Notes: generated by a model not told the origin, from the sequence alone. 64,000 nucleotides of DNA from an uncultured Acidobacteriota bacterium (GCA_963761645.1 CAVXIG010000039.1:2495-66494); one strand, 5' to 3'. Numbered from the stretch's first letter, positions 42,099-55,100 are shown. Numbers and translations: made by a program.

Positions 42099-42707
42099 AT
42101 GACCAGAAAACTTTTCGCCGCCGCTGTTCTCACCACCCTCGCCGCCCTGCCGCTGCAGGCGGAGAGCTACAAGATCGATCCCAGCCATTCGGAGGTGGGT
42201 TTCACCATCCGCCACATGGTCTCCAACGTCCGCGGGCGCTTCAACGACTTCTCGGGCACGGTCGACATGGACCCCAAGGCTCCGCAGAAGGGCTCGGTCG
42301 AGTTCAGCGTCAAGACCACGAGCATCGACACCGGCAACGCCGACCGCGACAAGCACCTGCGCACGGCCGACTTCTTCGACGTCGAGAAGTACCCCGAGAT
42401 CACTTTCAAGAGCGATTCGGTCAAGCCCACCGGCAAGAACACGTACAACGTGACCGGCACCCTGACGATGCACGGCGTCAGCAAGAAGGTCACGCTGCCG
42501 GTGACCTTCAACGGCGAGGGCAAGGACCCCTGGGGCAACACCCGGGCCGGCTTCGAGACCGCGACCAAGCTCGACCGCAAGGCAGTACGGCATCGTCTGG
42601 AACAAGGCGATCGACAACGGCGGCGTGCTCCTGGGCGACGACGTGAACGTCTCCATCAACCTGGAGACCGTCAAGGCGGCCCCCGCCGCGGCGCGAAGGG
42701 CAAGTAA
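42099..42707 (+). CDS. YceI family periplasmic polyisoprenoid-binding protein; two compensating frame changes
   Basis: AGGAGG RBS and signal peptide. [30 protein letters not shown]...[27 protein letters not shown]. The segment [28 protein letters not shown] is in the frame of ORF 42625, between about 42580 and 42690. Confidence 0.8.
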   Translation: MTRKLFAAAVLTTLAALPLQAESYKIDPSHSEVGFTIRHMVSNVRGRFNDFSGTVDMDPKAPQKGSVEFSVKTTSIDTGNADRDKHLRTADFFDVEKYPEITFKSDSVKPTGKNTYNVTGTLTMHGVSKKVTLPVTFNGEGKDPWGNTRAGFETATKLDRKAVRHRLEQGDRQRRRAPGRRRERLHQPGDRQGGPRRGAKGK

Positions 42708-42768
42708 GGCAACGGACGGTCCGGGCGGGCTGGGCAACCAGCCCCCCTTCCTCTATATACAGGGCTCC

Positions 42769-43246
42769 GTGAAGACCAACGCCGCCCGCCTCCTCGACTC
42801 CCTCGGCATCCCCTACGAGCTGCGCGACTACGAGGTCGATCCCGACGACCTCGCGGCCGAGTCCGTGGCCCGCAAGATCGGGCTCCCTCCCGAGCAGGTG
42901 TTCAAGACCCTGGTGGCCCGCGGGGACCGCACGGGCGTGCTGCTCGCCGTGGTGCCGGGGGACGCGGAGCTGGACCTGAAGGCGCTCGCCCGCGTCATCC
43001 GGCGACCGCAAGGTGGAGGTGGTGCCGCTGCGGGAGGTGACGCCGCTCACCGGCTACGTGCGCGGCGGGGTCACGGCGCTCGCCGGCAAGAAGGACTACC
43101 CCGTCTTCGTGGACGAGACGATCGAGCTGTTCGACGAGATCTCGGTCTCGGCGGGCGTCCGCGGCACCCAGCTCCTGCTCGCGCCGGCCGACTACCTGCG
43201 CGCCGTCCGCGGCACCGTGGGAGCGATCGCCAAGGACAAGGAGTAG
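42769..43246 (+). CDS. ybaK: YbaK/EbsC-type Cys-tRNA(Pro) deacylase; frame broken once
   Basis: GTG start, [22 protein letters not shown]...[22 protein letters not shown], then after a shift near 42997 [27 protein letters not shown]...ISVSAGVRG. Confidence 0.75.
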
Positions 43247-43458
43247 CGCCGTAGTATATTGTCAGGGTTGCATGCGTCGCTCCGATCGGGGCTCCACGGC
43301 CATGTCCACTCTCTCTCCCGCTCCTACACTGACCGCCGCCGAGCTGATGCGGCAACTGGGATTCAAGTTCCCAGCCGCCGAGGGCCTGACCGCGTCGCGG
43401 GCGGGCGCGCCAGGACGCTCCGCCGGTCCGCGAGATCCGGCCGGCGCCGGCGCGGCGG

Positions 43459-44440
43459 ATGCTCCACGTCACCAACGGCGACAGTCGCGGCCGGGACGAT
43501 CCGCGTCTCCGGGGTCGTCGGGGAGAGGGGCGAGGTCGCGGTCACCGCCGACCTGCTCCACGAGGGCCCGGCCCCCGGCGGCCTCCCGCCGGAACGATGG
43601 CGGAAGGTGCGCGCCCGCTACCTCGCCGAGAGCGGCTACGACGACTACGACTCCTGCCTCGCCCGGCTCACCCGCTGGGACCACACCCTCGAGGACTTCC
43701 GCTCCTACGACGAGGTCGTCCTCTGGTTCGAGCACGACCTGTTCGACCAGCTCCTGCTGATCCGCGCCCTCGATTTCTTCGCCGGCCGCAGCCTCGGAGA
43801 CACGGAGCTGTCGCTGATCTGCATCGGCGAGTTCCCCGGGATCGAACCCTTCCACGGCCTGGGACAGCTCACGCCCCAGCAGATGGCCACCCTGCTGCCG
43901 CGGCGCCAGCGGGTCGACGAGGAGCAGAAGCTCCTGGCGCGCGACGCCTGGCGGGCCTTCCGCGCCCCGGACCCCACCGCCCTGGTGGCGATCTTCGGGC
44001 GCGACACCTCCCCGCTCCCCTTCCTCGCCGGGGCGCTGCGCCGGCATCTCGAGGAGTTCCCCGCGGTCGCCAACGGCCTCTCGCGCTCCGAGCGGCAGAT
44101 CCTGAGCGCGGTCAGCGCGGGGGCCGCGACCTTCGAGGAGGTCTTCCGCGCCACGCAGGCCATGGAGGAGCGGGTCTACATGGGGGACAGCTCCTTCGAT
44201 CGCATCCTGCGCGAGCTCGCCGCGCCCCCCCGCCCCCTCCTCCGCCTGGAGCCGGGCGCCCAGGGCTCCCTGCGCTCGCTGCGGATCGCGCTCACCGCCA
44301 GCGGCCGCGGGGTCCTCGAGGGGCGGGACGACTGGGTGCGCAGCCGCGGCATCGACCGCTGGCTCGGCGGCGTTCACCTCCAGGGCGCCGAGGCGGCCTG
44401 GCGGTGGGACACTGAAACGAAACGGCTGTTCCGCACGTAG
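43459..44440 (+). CDS. DUF1835 / DUF3658 domain protein; frame broken once
   Basis: MLHVTNGDS then (shift near 43485) AAGTIRVSG...DLLHEGP...YDEVVLWFEHDLFDQLLLIRAL...GLSRSERQIL. Confidence 0.65.
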
Positions 44441-44515
44441 GGGTGCGAGAGGGGGCCTGGAATAGCGGATCGCCCCCGCTCCGTTTTGCTGCTCATACTT
44501 CGGAGATCAAACCCC

Positions 44516-45694
44516 ATGCATGCACACCCGGCTCGCGTTTGGATACGACAAGCTGTCATCTATATGGCCCTGTTCCTGGGCATTGCAGTCCTGCCCGCCG
44601 CCGCCCGGCCGGCGTCCATCCTCGACGACGAGCAGTTCCGCGCCGACGTCCGGCAGGGGCTCGACCACCTCTACGACATGGACTACGACGGCGCCAACGC
44701 CGCTTTCGCCATGATCGAGCAGCACTACCCGGGCCACCCCGTCGGCCCGTTCCTGCGCGCGCTTCACCCCTGGTGGGAGATCCTGGTCGATCCCGACGAC
44801 AACTCCCAGGACGACGCCTTCTTCCACGCCATGGACGAGGTGATCAAGCGCTGCGACCGGCGGCTCAAGGCCGATCCGCAGGATCTCGACGGCATGTTCT
44901 TCAAGGCCGGCGCCCTGGCGTTCCGCGGCCGGCTGAACACCGACCGCAAGAGCTGGCTGCGCGCGGCGCTCGACGGCCGCAAGGCGCTCCAACTGCTCGA
45001 GGAGGTCCGCAAGCGCGACCCGGAGAACCCCGATCTGCTGCTGGGGATCGGTCTCTTCGACTACCTGGCGGACGTGGCGCCCAGCCAGTACCCGGTCCTG
45101 AAGCCGTTCACCCGCTTCTTCCCCAAGGGGAGCCGCGAGCGGGGGCTGCGGGAGATCGCCGAGGCGGTCGAGAAGGGGCAGTTCGTGCAGGCCGAGGCGG
45201 CCTTCTGCCTGGTGCAGATCCACTACATCTTCGAGCACGACTACGCGACCTCGCTGCACTACGCCCGCTGGCTGCGCGACCGCTACCCGAACAACGCCCT
45301 CTTCCACGTCTACGAGGGGCGCACCCTCGCCCGCCTGAATCTCTGGCCGGACGAGCACCAGTCCCTGCTCGACGTGCTGGAGCGGCATTCGGAGGGGAAG
45401 CCCGGCTATCGCGGCGACGTGATGACGCAGGCCCTCTACGTGCTCGGCCGGGACGATGTGCGGTGGCGGCAGTTCGGCGAGGCGATCCCGGTGCTCTCGC
45501 GGCTCGAAGGGCTCCCCGCGGGCACGGCCGGCGACTACAAGGCCTACGGCCGCCTCTACCGGGGGATGGCCCTCGACGCCCTCGGCCGGCGCGAGGAGGC
45601 CGTCTACTGGTACAACCGGGCGATGGCGTCGAAGCCCCCCGGCGAGGTCCGCGACAAGGCGCGGACCTACCTCAGGGCTCCCTATCCGGGCTGA
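44516..45694 (+). CDS. secreted helical-repeat (TPR-like) protein of unknown function
   Basis: Intact ORF. Signal/anchor AVIYMALFLGIAVLPAAA and helical-repeat composition. ATG 44516 inside ORF 44486..45694. Confidence 0.5.
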   Translation: MHAHPARVWIRQAVIYMALFLGIAVLPAAARPASILDDEQFRADVRQGLDHLYDMDYDGANAAFAMIEQHYPGHPVGPFLRALHPWWEILVDPDDNSQDDAFFHAMDEVIKRCDRRLKADPQDLDGMFFKAGALAFRGRLNTDRKSWLRAALDGRKALQLLEEVRKRDPENPDLLLGIGLFDYLADVAPSQYPVLKPFTRFFPKGSRERGLREIAEAVEKGQFVQAEAAFCLVQIHYIFEHDYATSLHYARWLRDRYPNNALFHVYEGRTLARLNLWPDEHQSLLDVLERHSEGKPGYRGDVMTQALYVLGRDDVRWRQFGEAIPVLSRLEGLPAGTAGDYKAYGRLYRGMALDALGRREEAVYWYNRAMASKPPGEVRDKARTYLRAPYPG

Positions 45695-46982
45695 TGGCCG
45701 GGGTAACGGCCGGAGGGGTGGCGGGCCGTCTGCGCAGCATGTAGATCACCCCGCCGACGGCCAGGGCGATGGCGCCGGCGATCAGGTTCTCCTTCTTCGC
45801 GCTCGCCGCGAAGACCAGGCAGAGCAGCGCGGCGGCGATCGGGATCAGCGGTCCGCCCGGCAGGCGGACCGCGCCCTGCCGCGGCAGCTTGCGGCGCAGC
45901 ACCGGCACCGCCAGGGCGGTGCCGAAGTAGGTCGCGAGCCGCGCCACGGCCGACAGGGTGGCGAGCGCCTCGAAGGAGCCGGTGAAGGCGAGCGGCAGGG
46001 CGATCGCGGTCTGCACCAGGATCGCCGCCGCCGGCGTGCGGTAGCGCGGATGGAGGGCCGACAGGAAGCGGGGCCCGAAGCCGTCCTGGGCCAGGGCGAA
46101 GAGATAGCGCGGCCCGGAGAGCACCGTGTTGCTGTTGGTGCCGAGGATCGAGATCACCCCGCCGATCGTCATCAGCAGGCCCCCCCCGCTGCCCATGAAG
46201 CGCGCGGCGGCATCGGCCAGCGGGGTCTGCGAGCCCACCACGCCGGGGAGGGTGCCGAGGGCCACCCACTGCACACCCGAGTAGATCAGGGTGACGATGA
46301 CGATCTGCACGATGAGGGCGAACGGCACGTCACGGCGCGGGTTCTTGAACTCGCCGGCCGGGGCCGCCGTGTTCTCGAACCCGGCGTAGGCGAAGAGGAG
46401 GAGCAGCACGGCGTCCCCCAGGGTTCCGGATCCCGGCTTGGCGGCGACGGAGGTCGCGAGGCTGGTCGAGACGTAGAAGATCCCGACGAAGACGAAGAGC
46501 AGGAGCGGCAGGGTCTTGGTGATCGCCAGGAAGACCGCCGTGCGCACGCCCGACTTGACCCCGATGATGTTGATCCCGGTCAGGATGAGCACCGGCAGGA
46601 CGATCGCGAGCCCCCTCCCCAACCCCACGTTGGCGGCCGGCCAGAGATAGCCGAGCGCCCGCGCGAAGCCCACGGACAGCGAGGAGACCGAGGCGACCCG
46701 GGCGAGCCAGGTCATCCACCCCACCTCGAAGCCGATCAGCTCGCCGAACGCCTCGCGGGTGTAGACGTAGGCGCTCCCCGGGCGGTCGAAGTAGCTCCCC
46801 GCCTCGGCGAAGCAGAGCACCAGCAGGAGCACGGCGAAGCCGGCGATCACCACCGCCCCCACGCTCGCCGCGCCCAGGATGGCCGCCGCCGCCGCCGGCA
46901 GCAGGTAGACGCCGCTGCCGATGACGTCGTTGACCGAGAAGCCGACGATCTCCCAGCGGGAGACCGCGCGGCGCATGCTCAC
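45672..46982 (-). CDS. APC superfamily amino acid/polyamine permease
   Basis: Intact 436-aa ORF, about 12 TM segments, N-terminal VNDVIGSGVYLLPAAAA typical of APC carriers. Confidence 0.8.
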   Translation of the reverse strand: MSMRRAVSRWEIVGFSVNDVIGSGVYLLPAAAAAILGAASVGAVVIAGFAVLLLVLCFAEAGSYFDRPGSAYVYTREAFGELIGFEVGWMTWLARVASVSSLSVGFARALGYLWPAANVGLGRGLAIVLPVLILTGINIIGVKSGVRTAVFLAITKTLPLLLFVFVGIFYVSTSLATSVAAKPGSGTLGDAVLLLLFAYAGFENTAAPAGEFKNPRRDVPFALIVQIVIVTLIYSGVQWVALGTLPGVVGSQTPLADAAARFMGSGGGLLMTIGGVISILGTNSNTVLSGPRYLFALAQDGFGPRFLSALHPRYRTPAAAILVQTAIALPLAFTGSFEALATLSAVARLATYFGTALAVPVLRRKLPRQGAVRLPGGPLIPIAAALLCLVFAASAKKENLIAGAIALAVGGVIYMLRRRPATPPAVTPAISPDREP

Positions 46983-47048
46983 GCCTGGGGTGCGGACGGG
47001 GGAGGGCTGGAGTCGATCAAGCCCGGTGATGGTATCCGAAAAAGCCGA

Positions 47049-47152
47049 ACAAGGGACGAAAGGGACAGCAGGGACATCAGGGACGAAGAACGCTACGCTC
47101 TTGGCGGTCTGCTTTTGTCTCTGATGTCCCTCCTGTCCCTTCGTCCCTTGTT
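47049..47152. repeat. about 31-bp-stem hairpin built from GGGAC short repeats, between two minus-strand transporter genes
   Basis: ACAAGGGACGAAAGGGACAGCAGGGACATCAG (47049-47080) pairs with CTGATGTCCCTCCTGTCCCTTCGTCCCTTGT (47121-47151), with one bulge, one mismatch and a 40-nt loop. Confidence 0.7.
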
Positions 47153-47163
47153 GTCCTCGTTCG

Positions 47164-48430
47164 CTAAACCTCGATCCGCGCGCCGACCGTCTCGGGCAGC
47201 ACCCAGACCCACAGCCCCGCCAGGGCGGCGAAGCCGGCGGCCAGCGCCACCCCTCCCGCCAGACCCCAGCGGCCGGCGACGCCGGCGATGACCAGCGGCG
47301 CCACGAACTGCACGCCGCGGGTGACGTTCATGATGATCGACATCGCCGCGCCCCGCACCCGCGTCGGGAAGATCTCCGAGAAGTAGGGCCCGTAGCAGGA
47401 CCAGGTCCCCGTCCCCACCCCGGCGATGAACATGCAGGCGAGCCCCACGGCCGGGCGCGACGCCAGGACGTCCCAGAACAGGGTCACCATCAGCAGGCCC
47501 GCGGCCGTCATCGCGCAGTAGAGCGCGAAGGCGCGCCGCCGGCCGATCGAATCCGAGATCCAGCCGAAGGTGAGGTACCCCAGCAGCGAGCCGGCCACGA
47601 AGGTCAGCGTCCACCAGCCGGAGCCGAAGATCGACAGCCCGCGGTCCTTCTGGAGATAGCGCGGCAGCCAGACGATGGCGAACCAGTAGGCCGACATGTT
47701 GAGGATGGTCAGGATGAAGGCCCTGGTGAAGAGCCCCGCGAGGTCCGCCCCCACGAGCTGCGCCAGGATCGGGCGCCGGTCGCGGGCGCCGAGCTCGCCC
47801 GCGCCCAGCCGCCGGCGGTGCTCGAGCCAGAGGTCGGACTCCGGGAGGCGCTTCCAGGCGAGCAGCACCAGGATCGGCGCCGCCGAGAGCAGGAAGATCG
47901 GACGCCATCCCAGGTGGGGCGCCAGGAAGGAGCCGACGATGGTGGCGAGGCCGAGCCCGGCCGGCGCGCCGCTCTGGGCGATGGCGCCATAGCGCCCGCG
48001 CAGGGCCGGCGGGAAGGTCTCCCCCAGCATCGCCTGCCCCGCTCCCCAGGTGCCGCCGATGCCGAGGCCGGCGAAGCGCCCGGGCGGCGAGCAGCCAGCC
48101 GAAGCCAGGAGCGAAGGCGCAGGCCGCGTTGCCCAGCGAGAAGGCGGCGATCGAGATGGCCATCGAGGCGCGGCGCCCGAGCCGGTCGCTCATCCAGCCG
48201 AAGAGGAGCCCGCCGACGCCGGTCATCCCGACGCCGACGGCGGTGAGGGTCGCGAGGTCCGCCTCCGTTGCGCCCGAGCTCCCCCTGGATCTGCGGCAGC
48301 AGGAAGGAGAGGAGGGTCAGGGAGTAGAATCCCGTGCACCAGATCCCCCACGCGGCGGCGAGGATCCATCGATGCGCCGCGACCGGGCGGTCGTGGTCGC
48401 TGAGGCGCGCTGGAGCGGACTTCGGTGCGG
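47164..48430 (-). CDS. MFS transporter; two or three frame changes, start uncertain
   Basis: ORF 47164..48030 (C-half). N-half pieces GVGMTGVGGLLFGWMSDRLGRRASMAISIAAFSLGNA (MFS motif A-like DRLGRR) and WILAAAWGIWCTGFYSLTLLSFLLPQIQGELG. Confidence 0.7.
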
Positions 48431-48464
48431 TGAGCAAAGCCCGGACATCGTAACCGAAAATGCC

Positions 48465-49374
48465 ATGAGATCCCCCCTTCTCCTCGCTGCTGCTGCTCCT
48501 CCTCGCGATCCCCTCCACGGCTCAAAGCGATGCGCGCGGCGAGCTCCTGCGGCGGATCAACGCCGAGCGGCAGCGGGCGGGCTCGCCGCCGCTCCGCCTC
48601 TCCCCCGAGCTCACCCGCGCCGCCCAGGCGCACGCGGCCGAGGTCGCCGCCCGCGGCTCGCTCAAGCTGCGGGCGGGCTCCACCGAGGAGATGCGCGAGC
48701 GGCTGAAGCGCGCCGGCTATCAGGCCCACGCCTGGACGGAGAGCCTGGCGGCCACCTCCGGCGGCCTCGAATCGGTGCTGCGCGACTTCCGGAAGGGGGA
48801 CCCCGAGACCTGGCGCAAGCTCCTGGACCCCGAGTACCGGGACCTCGGGATCGGCCTCGACCGGGTCGGGCGGACGCCGCTCTACACCTTCCTCTTCGCC
48901 GTGCCGCAGGCCGACTGGTTCGCGCGCCGGACGGCGGGGCTCCACGACCTCGCCCGGGTGCGCGCCGAAATGCTGGCGAGCGTCAACGCCGAGCGGAAGA
49001 AGGCCGGCGCCCGGCCCTTGCGTCCAGAACGCCCGCCTCGACCGGGCGGCCCAGCGCCATGCCGAGGACATGCTGGCCCGCGCCTACTTCGCCCACCGGA
49101 GCCCGGAGGGGAAGAGCGTGCGCGAGCGGTCACGCGAGGCGGGCTATGAATGGCGGATGATCGGCGAGAACATCGCCGAGGGTCAGTTCACGGTGGCGGA
49201 GGTGATGGACACCTGGATGCACAGCCCCGGCCACCGGCGCAACATCCTCGATCCCGGCTTCCGGGAGCTGGGCGTCGGCCTCGCGATGGGGAAGAGGGGG
49301 CGAGGGGCGGGAGGAGTGGCTGGCAGAGTGGAGTGGAGTGGCAGGCCGTACCGCGGACCATCCCGACAGACTAA
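48465..49374 (+). CDS. secreted protein with two CAP/SCP (PR-1, YkwD-like) domains; about three frame changes
   Basis: ATG 48465 is followed by a C-run frameshift into the signal peptide FSSLLLLLLAIPSTAQS. Domain 1: LLRRINAERQRAGSPPLRLSPELTRAAQAHA. Domain 2: MLASVNAERKKAGA...AQRHAEDMLARAYFAHRSPEGK...WMHSPGHRRNILDPGFRELGVG. The 3' end is uncertain. Confidence 0.7.
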
Positions 49375-50222
49375 TGCACGTGGCGGGTCCCGGCCTCTTT
49401 GATCAGCCCCTCGATCGCCGCGTGGTCCGGCGCCTCGGGCTCGAGGGCGAGATAGCACTCGAGATCCGCGATCCCCCGCGCCGGGTCCCCCCAGCGCAGC
49501 GACAGCAGGCCACGGTCGCGCCGCGCCCCCACGTCGTCCGGATCGAGCAGCAGGACGCGGTCGAGGGCGCCGATGGTGCGCAGGAACTCGCCGCGATGGA
49601 GATAGACCCGCCGCAGGTTGTTGAGCATGCGGATCAGGATGTGGCGCGGGCTCGCCGGCTTCAGCAGGCGCGGATCGAAAGCCAGCGTGCCGCCGCTCAG
49701 CCGGTCGAGCATCGCCCGGCAATCCTCCTCGGTGAGCAGCCGGCCGCCGTCGAAGGGGTCGAAGAGGAGGCGCGGGCAGAGCGAATGGCGCAGCAGGAAG
49801 TGGCCGGGGAACCCGACGCCGTCGAGCGGCACCCCGGCCCGCCGGCCGACCTCCATATAGACCAGCGCGAGGGTGATCGGGATCCCCAGCCCGCGGGCGA
49901 GCACCTCGTTGAGCAGGCTGTTGCGGGGATCGTAGTAGTCCTCGGCGTTGCCGCGCAGCCCGACCTCGTCGACCAGGAAGCCGGCGAGCCGCTCCACCCG
50001 GCCGAGCTCGTCGGGCACCCTCTCCAGACGCGGACGCAGCCGGGCGGCCATCTCGTCCAGCCGGGCGAGCCAGAGGGCCGGATCGAGCCCGGGCTGCTCC
50101 TCGGCGGCGATCCAGAGCGCCGCCTCGGCGAGATCGATGTGCTCGTCGGGCAGCTCGGCGATCGCCGCGAAGCGCTCGCGGGGCGAAGAAGAGGAGGGAG
50201 GAGGGGTCGTATGCATGGCCAT
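49371..50222 (-). CDS. SirB1/YchA-like protein (transglutaminase-like N-domain + TPR-like C-domain)
   Basis: Intact 283-aa ORF. DYYDPRNSLLNEVLARGLGIPITLALVYMEVGRRAGVPLDGVGFPGHFLLR. Confidence 0.75.
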   Translation of the reverse strand: MAMHTTPPPSSSSPRERFAAIAELPDEHIDLAEAALWIAAEEQPGLDPALWLARLDEMAARLRPRLERVPDELGRVERLAGFLVDEVGLRGNAEDYYDPRNSLLNEVLARGLGIPITLALVYMEVGRRAGVPLDGVGFPGHFLLRHSLCPRLLFDPFDGGRLLTEEDCRAMLDRLSGGTLAFDPRLLKPASPRHILIRMLNNLRRVYLHRGEFLRTIGALDRVLLLDPDDVGARRDRGLLSLRWGDPARGIADLECYLALEPEAPDHAAIEGLIKEAGTRHVH

Positions 50223-50332
50223 CCCTGAAAAGGATAGCGGATCGCTTCTGATTCCCGTTCACGGGTCCGATGTATCGTTATTGTGAAGATATCGAGGACG
50301 TTGCTTGCACCGTAAAGGAGAGGGAGGGAGCC

Positions 50333-50935
50333 ATGGACCGCATCCAGGTGGGCATTCTGATTTTCGACGACGTCGAGGTACTGGACTTCGCGGGACCTTT
50401 CGAGGTCTTCTCGCGCACCCGCCTCACCCCAGGGGTCGAGTCCCGCCGCTCCGAGCAGAGCGCGCCGTTCCGCGTGTTCACGATCGCCCGCACCCGGGAG
50501 CCGATCACCGCGACCGGCGGCCTCGCCGTCATCCCCCACCACGCCTTCGCCGACAACCCGTGGATCGACCTCCTCCTGGTGCCGGGCGGATTCGGCACCC
50601 GCACCCTCCTCCATGACGAGGAGATGCTCGGCTGGATCCGGCGGACGGCCGCGGCGGCGCGCCAGGTCTCCTCGGTCTGCACCGGCGCCCTGCTGCTCGC
50701 CCAGGCCGGCCTCCTCAAGGGGCACCGCGCCACCACCCACTGGGCCTCCCTCGACCTCCTCGCCTCCCTCGACGCCGAGATCACGGTCGAGCGCGACGAG
50801 CGGGTGGTCGACGACGGCATCATCACCTCGGCCGGCGTCGCCTCCGGGATCGACATGTCCTTCCACATCGTCGAGACCATCTTCGGCCGCGAGGTGGCCG
50901 ACGAGACGGCGCGGTATATCGAATACAGGCGGTAG
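50333..50935 (+). CDS. DJ-1/PfpI (ThiJ) family protein
   Basis: Nucleophile elbow VSSVCTGALLLAQAGLL and flanking LLLVPGG. ATG 50333 has a GGAGAGGGAGGGAG RBS. Intact. Confidence 0.8.
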   Translation: MDRIQVGILIFDDVEVLDFAGPFEVFSRTRLTPGVESRRSEQSAPFRVFTIARTREPITATGGLAVIPHHAFADNPWIDLLLVPGGFGTRTLLHDEEMLGWIRRTAAAARQVSSVCTGALLLAQAGLLKGHRATTHWASLDLLASLDAEITVERDERVVDDGIITSAGVASGIDMSFHIVETIFGREVADETARYIEYRR

Positions 50936-51084
50936 TATGAGTCGTCTCGCTGTCAAGATGTGAGCTCACGAGACTCATCCTGAGTGGCCAGCACGCAAGT
51001 CTGGAATGGACGCCCCCTCCCCTTGGTTATCCTGATACGAGACCACGACCCCTCTGAGGCGCCGCGGTCGACAAGGAGATCCAG

Positions 51085-53599
<2,515 letters not shown>

Positions 53600-53630
53600 G
53601 CCGTCCCTGATCGTTCGGCTCAGTCTCCAC

Positions 53631-53668
53631 GGCCGCCGCCCCTCCCGGGACGGCGGCATTTTTGTTTT
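53631..53668 (+). terminator. rho-independent terminator after lon
   Basis: GCCGCCG (53633-53639) pairs with CGGCGGC (53651-53657), followed by ATTTTTGTTTTCC. Confidence 0.8.
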
Positions 53669-53674
53669 CCGTTC

Positions 53675-54303
53675 TCAGGCGCCGAACCGCCAGCCGAAGA
53701 TCAGGCTGGCTTCATAGTCGGTCGCCTCGTAGGAGACCGCGAGATTGTCGTCCCCCGAAAGCGAGGCCTCGTCGTCGAAGTAACGGCGAACCCGGGCCTC
53801 CGGACGGACGAAGACCGATCGCTGATCTGCCACTGGTACGCCAGGCCGAGGTGGGCCGTGAGGATGTTCGAGGTGTCGGATTCCGAGAAGGTCTGGCCGA
53901 AGATCGGCCCGCGGATCCTGGTATCCAGCCGGGCGACGCCGGGGCCGCCGAAGACCAGGAAATTGCCCCCGTGTGGAAACCATTGCAAGGAGAGGTCGAG
54001 GTTGTAGAGGTCGACCTTGAAATCGTCGAATCCGAAGTCAGGGCCTGACACTCCTTCATCCAGGGGGAGGGCATCCGCCAGATCCACCTTGCTCAAGGCA
54101 GCTTCGAAACCGAAGCTGGGATGGAAGCGATAGCCGCCCCGGAGACCGTATACCTCGGTCCGGTCCAGGTCGTCCTCGTCGGGCTGATAGATGCCGGCGG
54201 AGATGCCGAAGCTGCTCTGAGCCCGGACCGGAGCCAAGCCGCCACCGAAGACGAGGCCCGCGATCAGCAGGGCCCCGGTGCTCCAGATCAACTGTGTGCG
54301 CAT
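53675..54303 (-). CDS. small outer-membrane beta-barrel protein (OmpA-barrel/OmpW-like); frame broken once
   Basis: Signal peptide, alternating beta-strand pattern, C-terminal YEASLIFGWRFGA ending in an aromatic-x-x-A type signal. ORFs 53701..54336 (ATG 54303) and 53675..53983 join near 53824. Confidence 0.7.
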
Positions 54304-54426
54304 GAGAGTCTCCTTTTGGGTTGAAACCAACATCAAAAAGCCAACCCTTCCTATTGCAGGACGAGCGCCATGGGCACTTTATTCGTAAATCCTTCTATAC
54401 ATTATAGCTTACAGCCTTCTCCGGCT

Positions 54427-54540
54427 GACCCGGGCCGTGGCGGCCGGGTCGCGCCGTCCGTGATTCTCGACGGCGCGTCTGCTTTTTCCTACTTACACGA
54501 CGGACCGCCGCCCCTTGCGGGACGGCGGCATTCTTACTTC
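54427..54540 (+). other. three consecutive GC-rich hairpins on the plus strand with no upstream plus-strand gene (two look like terminators)
   Basis: GACCCGG...CCGGGTC (54427-54450). GCGCCGTC...GACGGCGC (54451-54476) followed by GTCTGCTTTTTCC. CCGCCGCCCC-ttgc-GGGACGGCGG (54505-54528) followed by CATTCTTACTT; this last stem is nearly identical to the lon terminator stem. Confidence 0.45.
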
Positions 54541-54562
54541 AGGCTGTTTTGGGGGATCGGTA

Positions 54563-54925
54563 TCAGCAGGAGAAGCTGGTCGCCGGGGCCGGGCCACAGC
54601 TCGAAAAGCAGTCGATCCGGGCGTCGAAGCAGTCGGACAGGCAGGAGTCGCGGACCGTGCAGTGGCTCCTGCAGGTGTTGTACTGCGCCGTGCAGCTGTT
54701 CCTGCAGGCAGTGTAGGCGTTGAGGGCGACGCAGTCGTGGGTCTGCCCGCAGCAGGTGACGCTGCCGCTCGAGCTCGAGCAGGTGCCGGTCGCCACGGTA
54801 CAGGTCAGCGTGCCCCCCGAGCAGGTCGCCGTACAGGTCTGGGTCGCCGAGACCAGCGTCGGCCCGCCCCAGGTGGCCAGGAACACCACGGTCATCAATC
54901 CGATCATCACAAAAGCTCTGCGCAT
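54563..54925 (-). CDS. secreted 16-Cys mini-protein (about 92-aa mature) with four C-x3-C pairs
   Basis: Intact ORF. Signal peptide MRRAFVMIGLMTVVFLATWG. Thr/Ser/Cys-rich segment TQTCTATCSGGTLTCTVATGTCSSSSGSVTCC, then CRNSC-x6-CRSHC-x5-CLSDC-x6-CFSSC. Confidence 0.6.
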   Translation of the reverse strand: MRRAFVMIGLMTVVFLATWGGPTLVSATQTCTATCSGGTLTCTVATGTCSSSSGSVTCCGQTHDCVALNAYTACRNSCTAQYNTCRSHCTVRDSCLSDCFDARIDCFSSCGPAPATSFSC

Positions 54926-55100
54926 GGACTCCTCCTGTCAGTTGGACCCGTTAAAGCCGCGAATCTCTCCTCTCCTTCTCCGGTGCCCGGAGGACCCGGT
55001 ACCGTGCCGCAGCAGACAGGAAGATGCTATTCTCCCGGCTCCCGGACGCAGGGGGCGGCCGGTCTGGCGGCAGATCGGGGGCGCGCTGAACCGCCCCTCC

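Noticed and set aside
54563-54925. Cys/Ser/Thr-rich ORF as a lanthipeptide/thiopeptide (RiPP) precursor
   Set aside because: The N-terminus looks like a Sec signal peptide rather than a leader peptide. The protein is large for a RiPP core. No dehydratase, cyclase, YcaO or radical-SAM gene lies nearby.
54990-55010. Sigma-54 promoter upstream of the Cys-rich gene (minus strand GGCACG)
   Set aside because: The -24-like GGCACG is present, but the -12 position reads CGGG instead of TTGC. No enhancer-binding protein gene is nearby.
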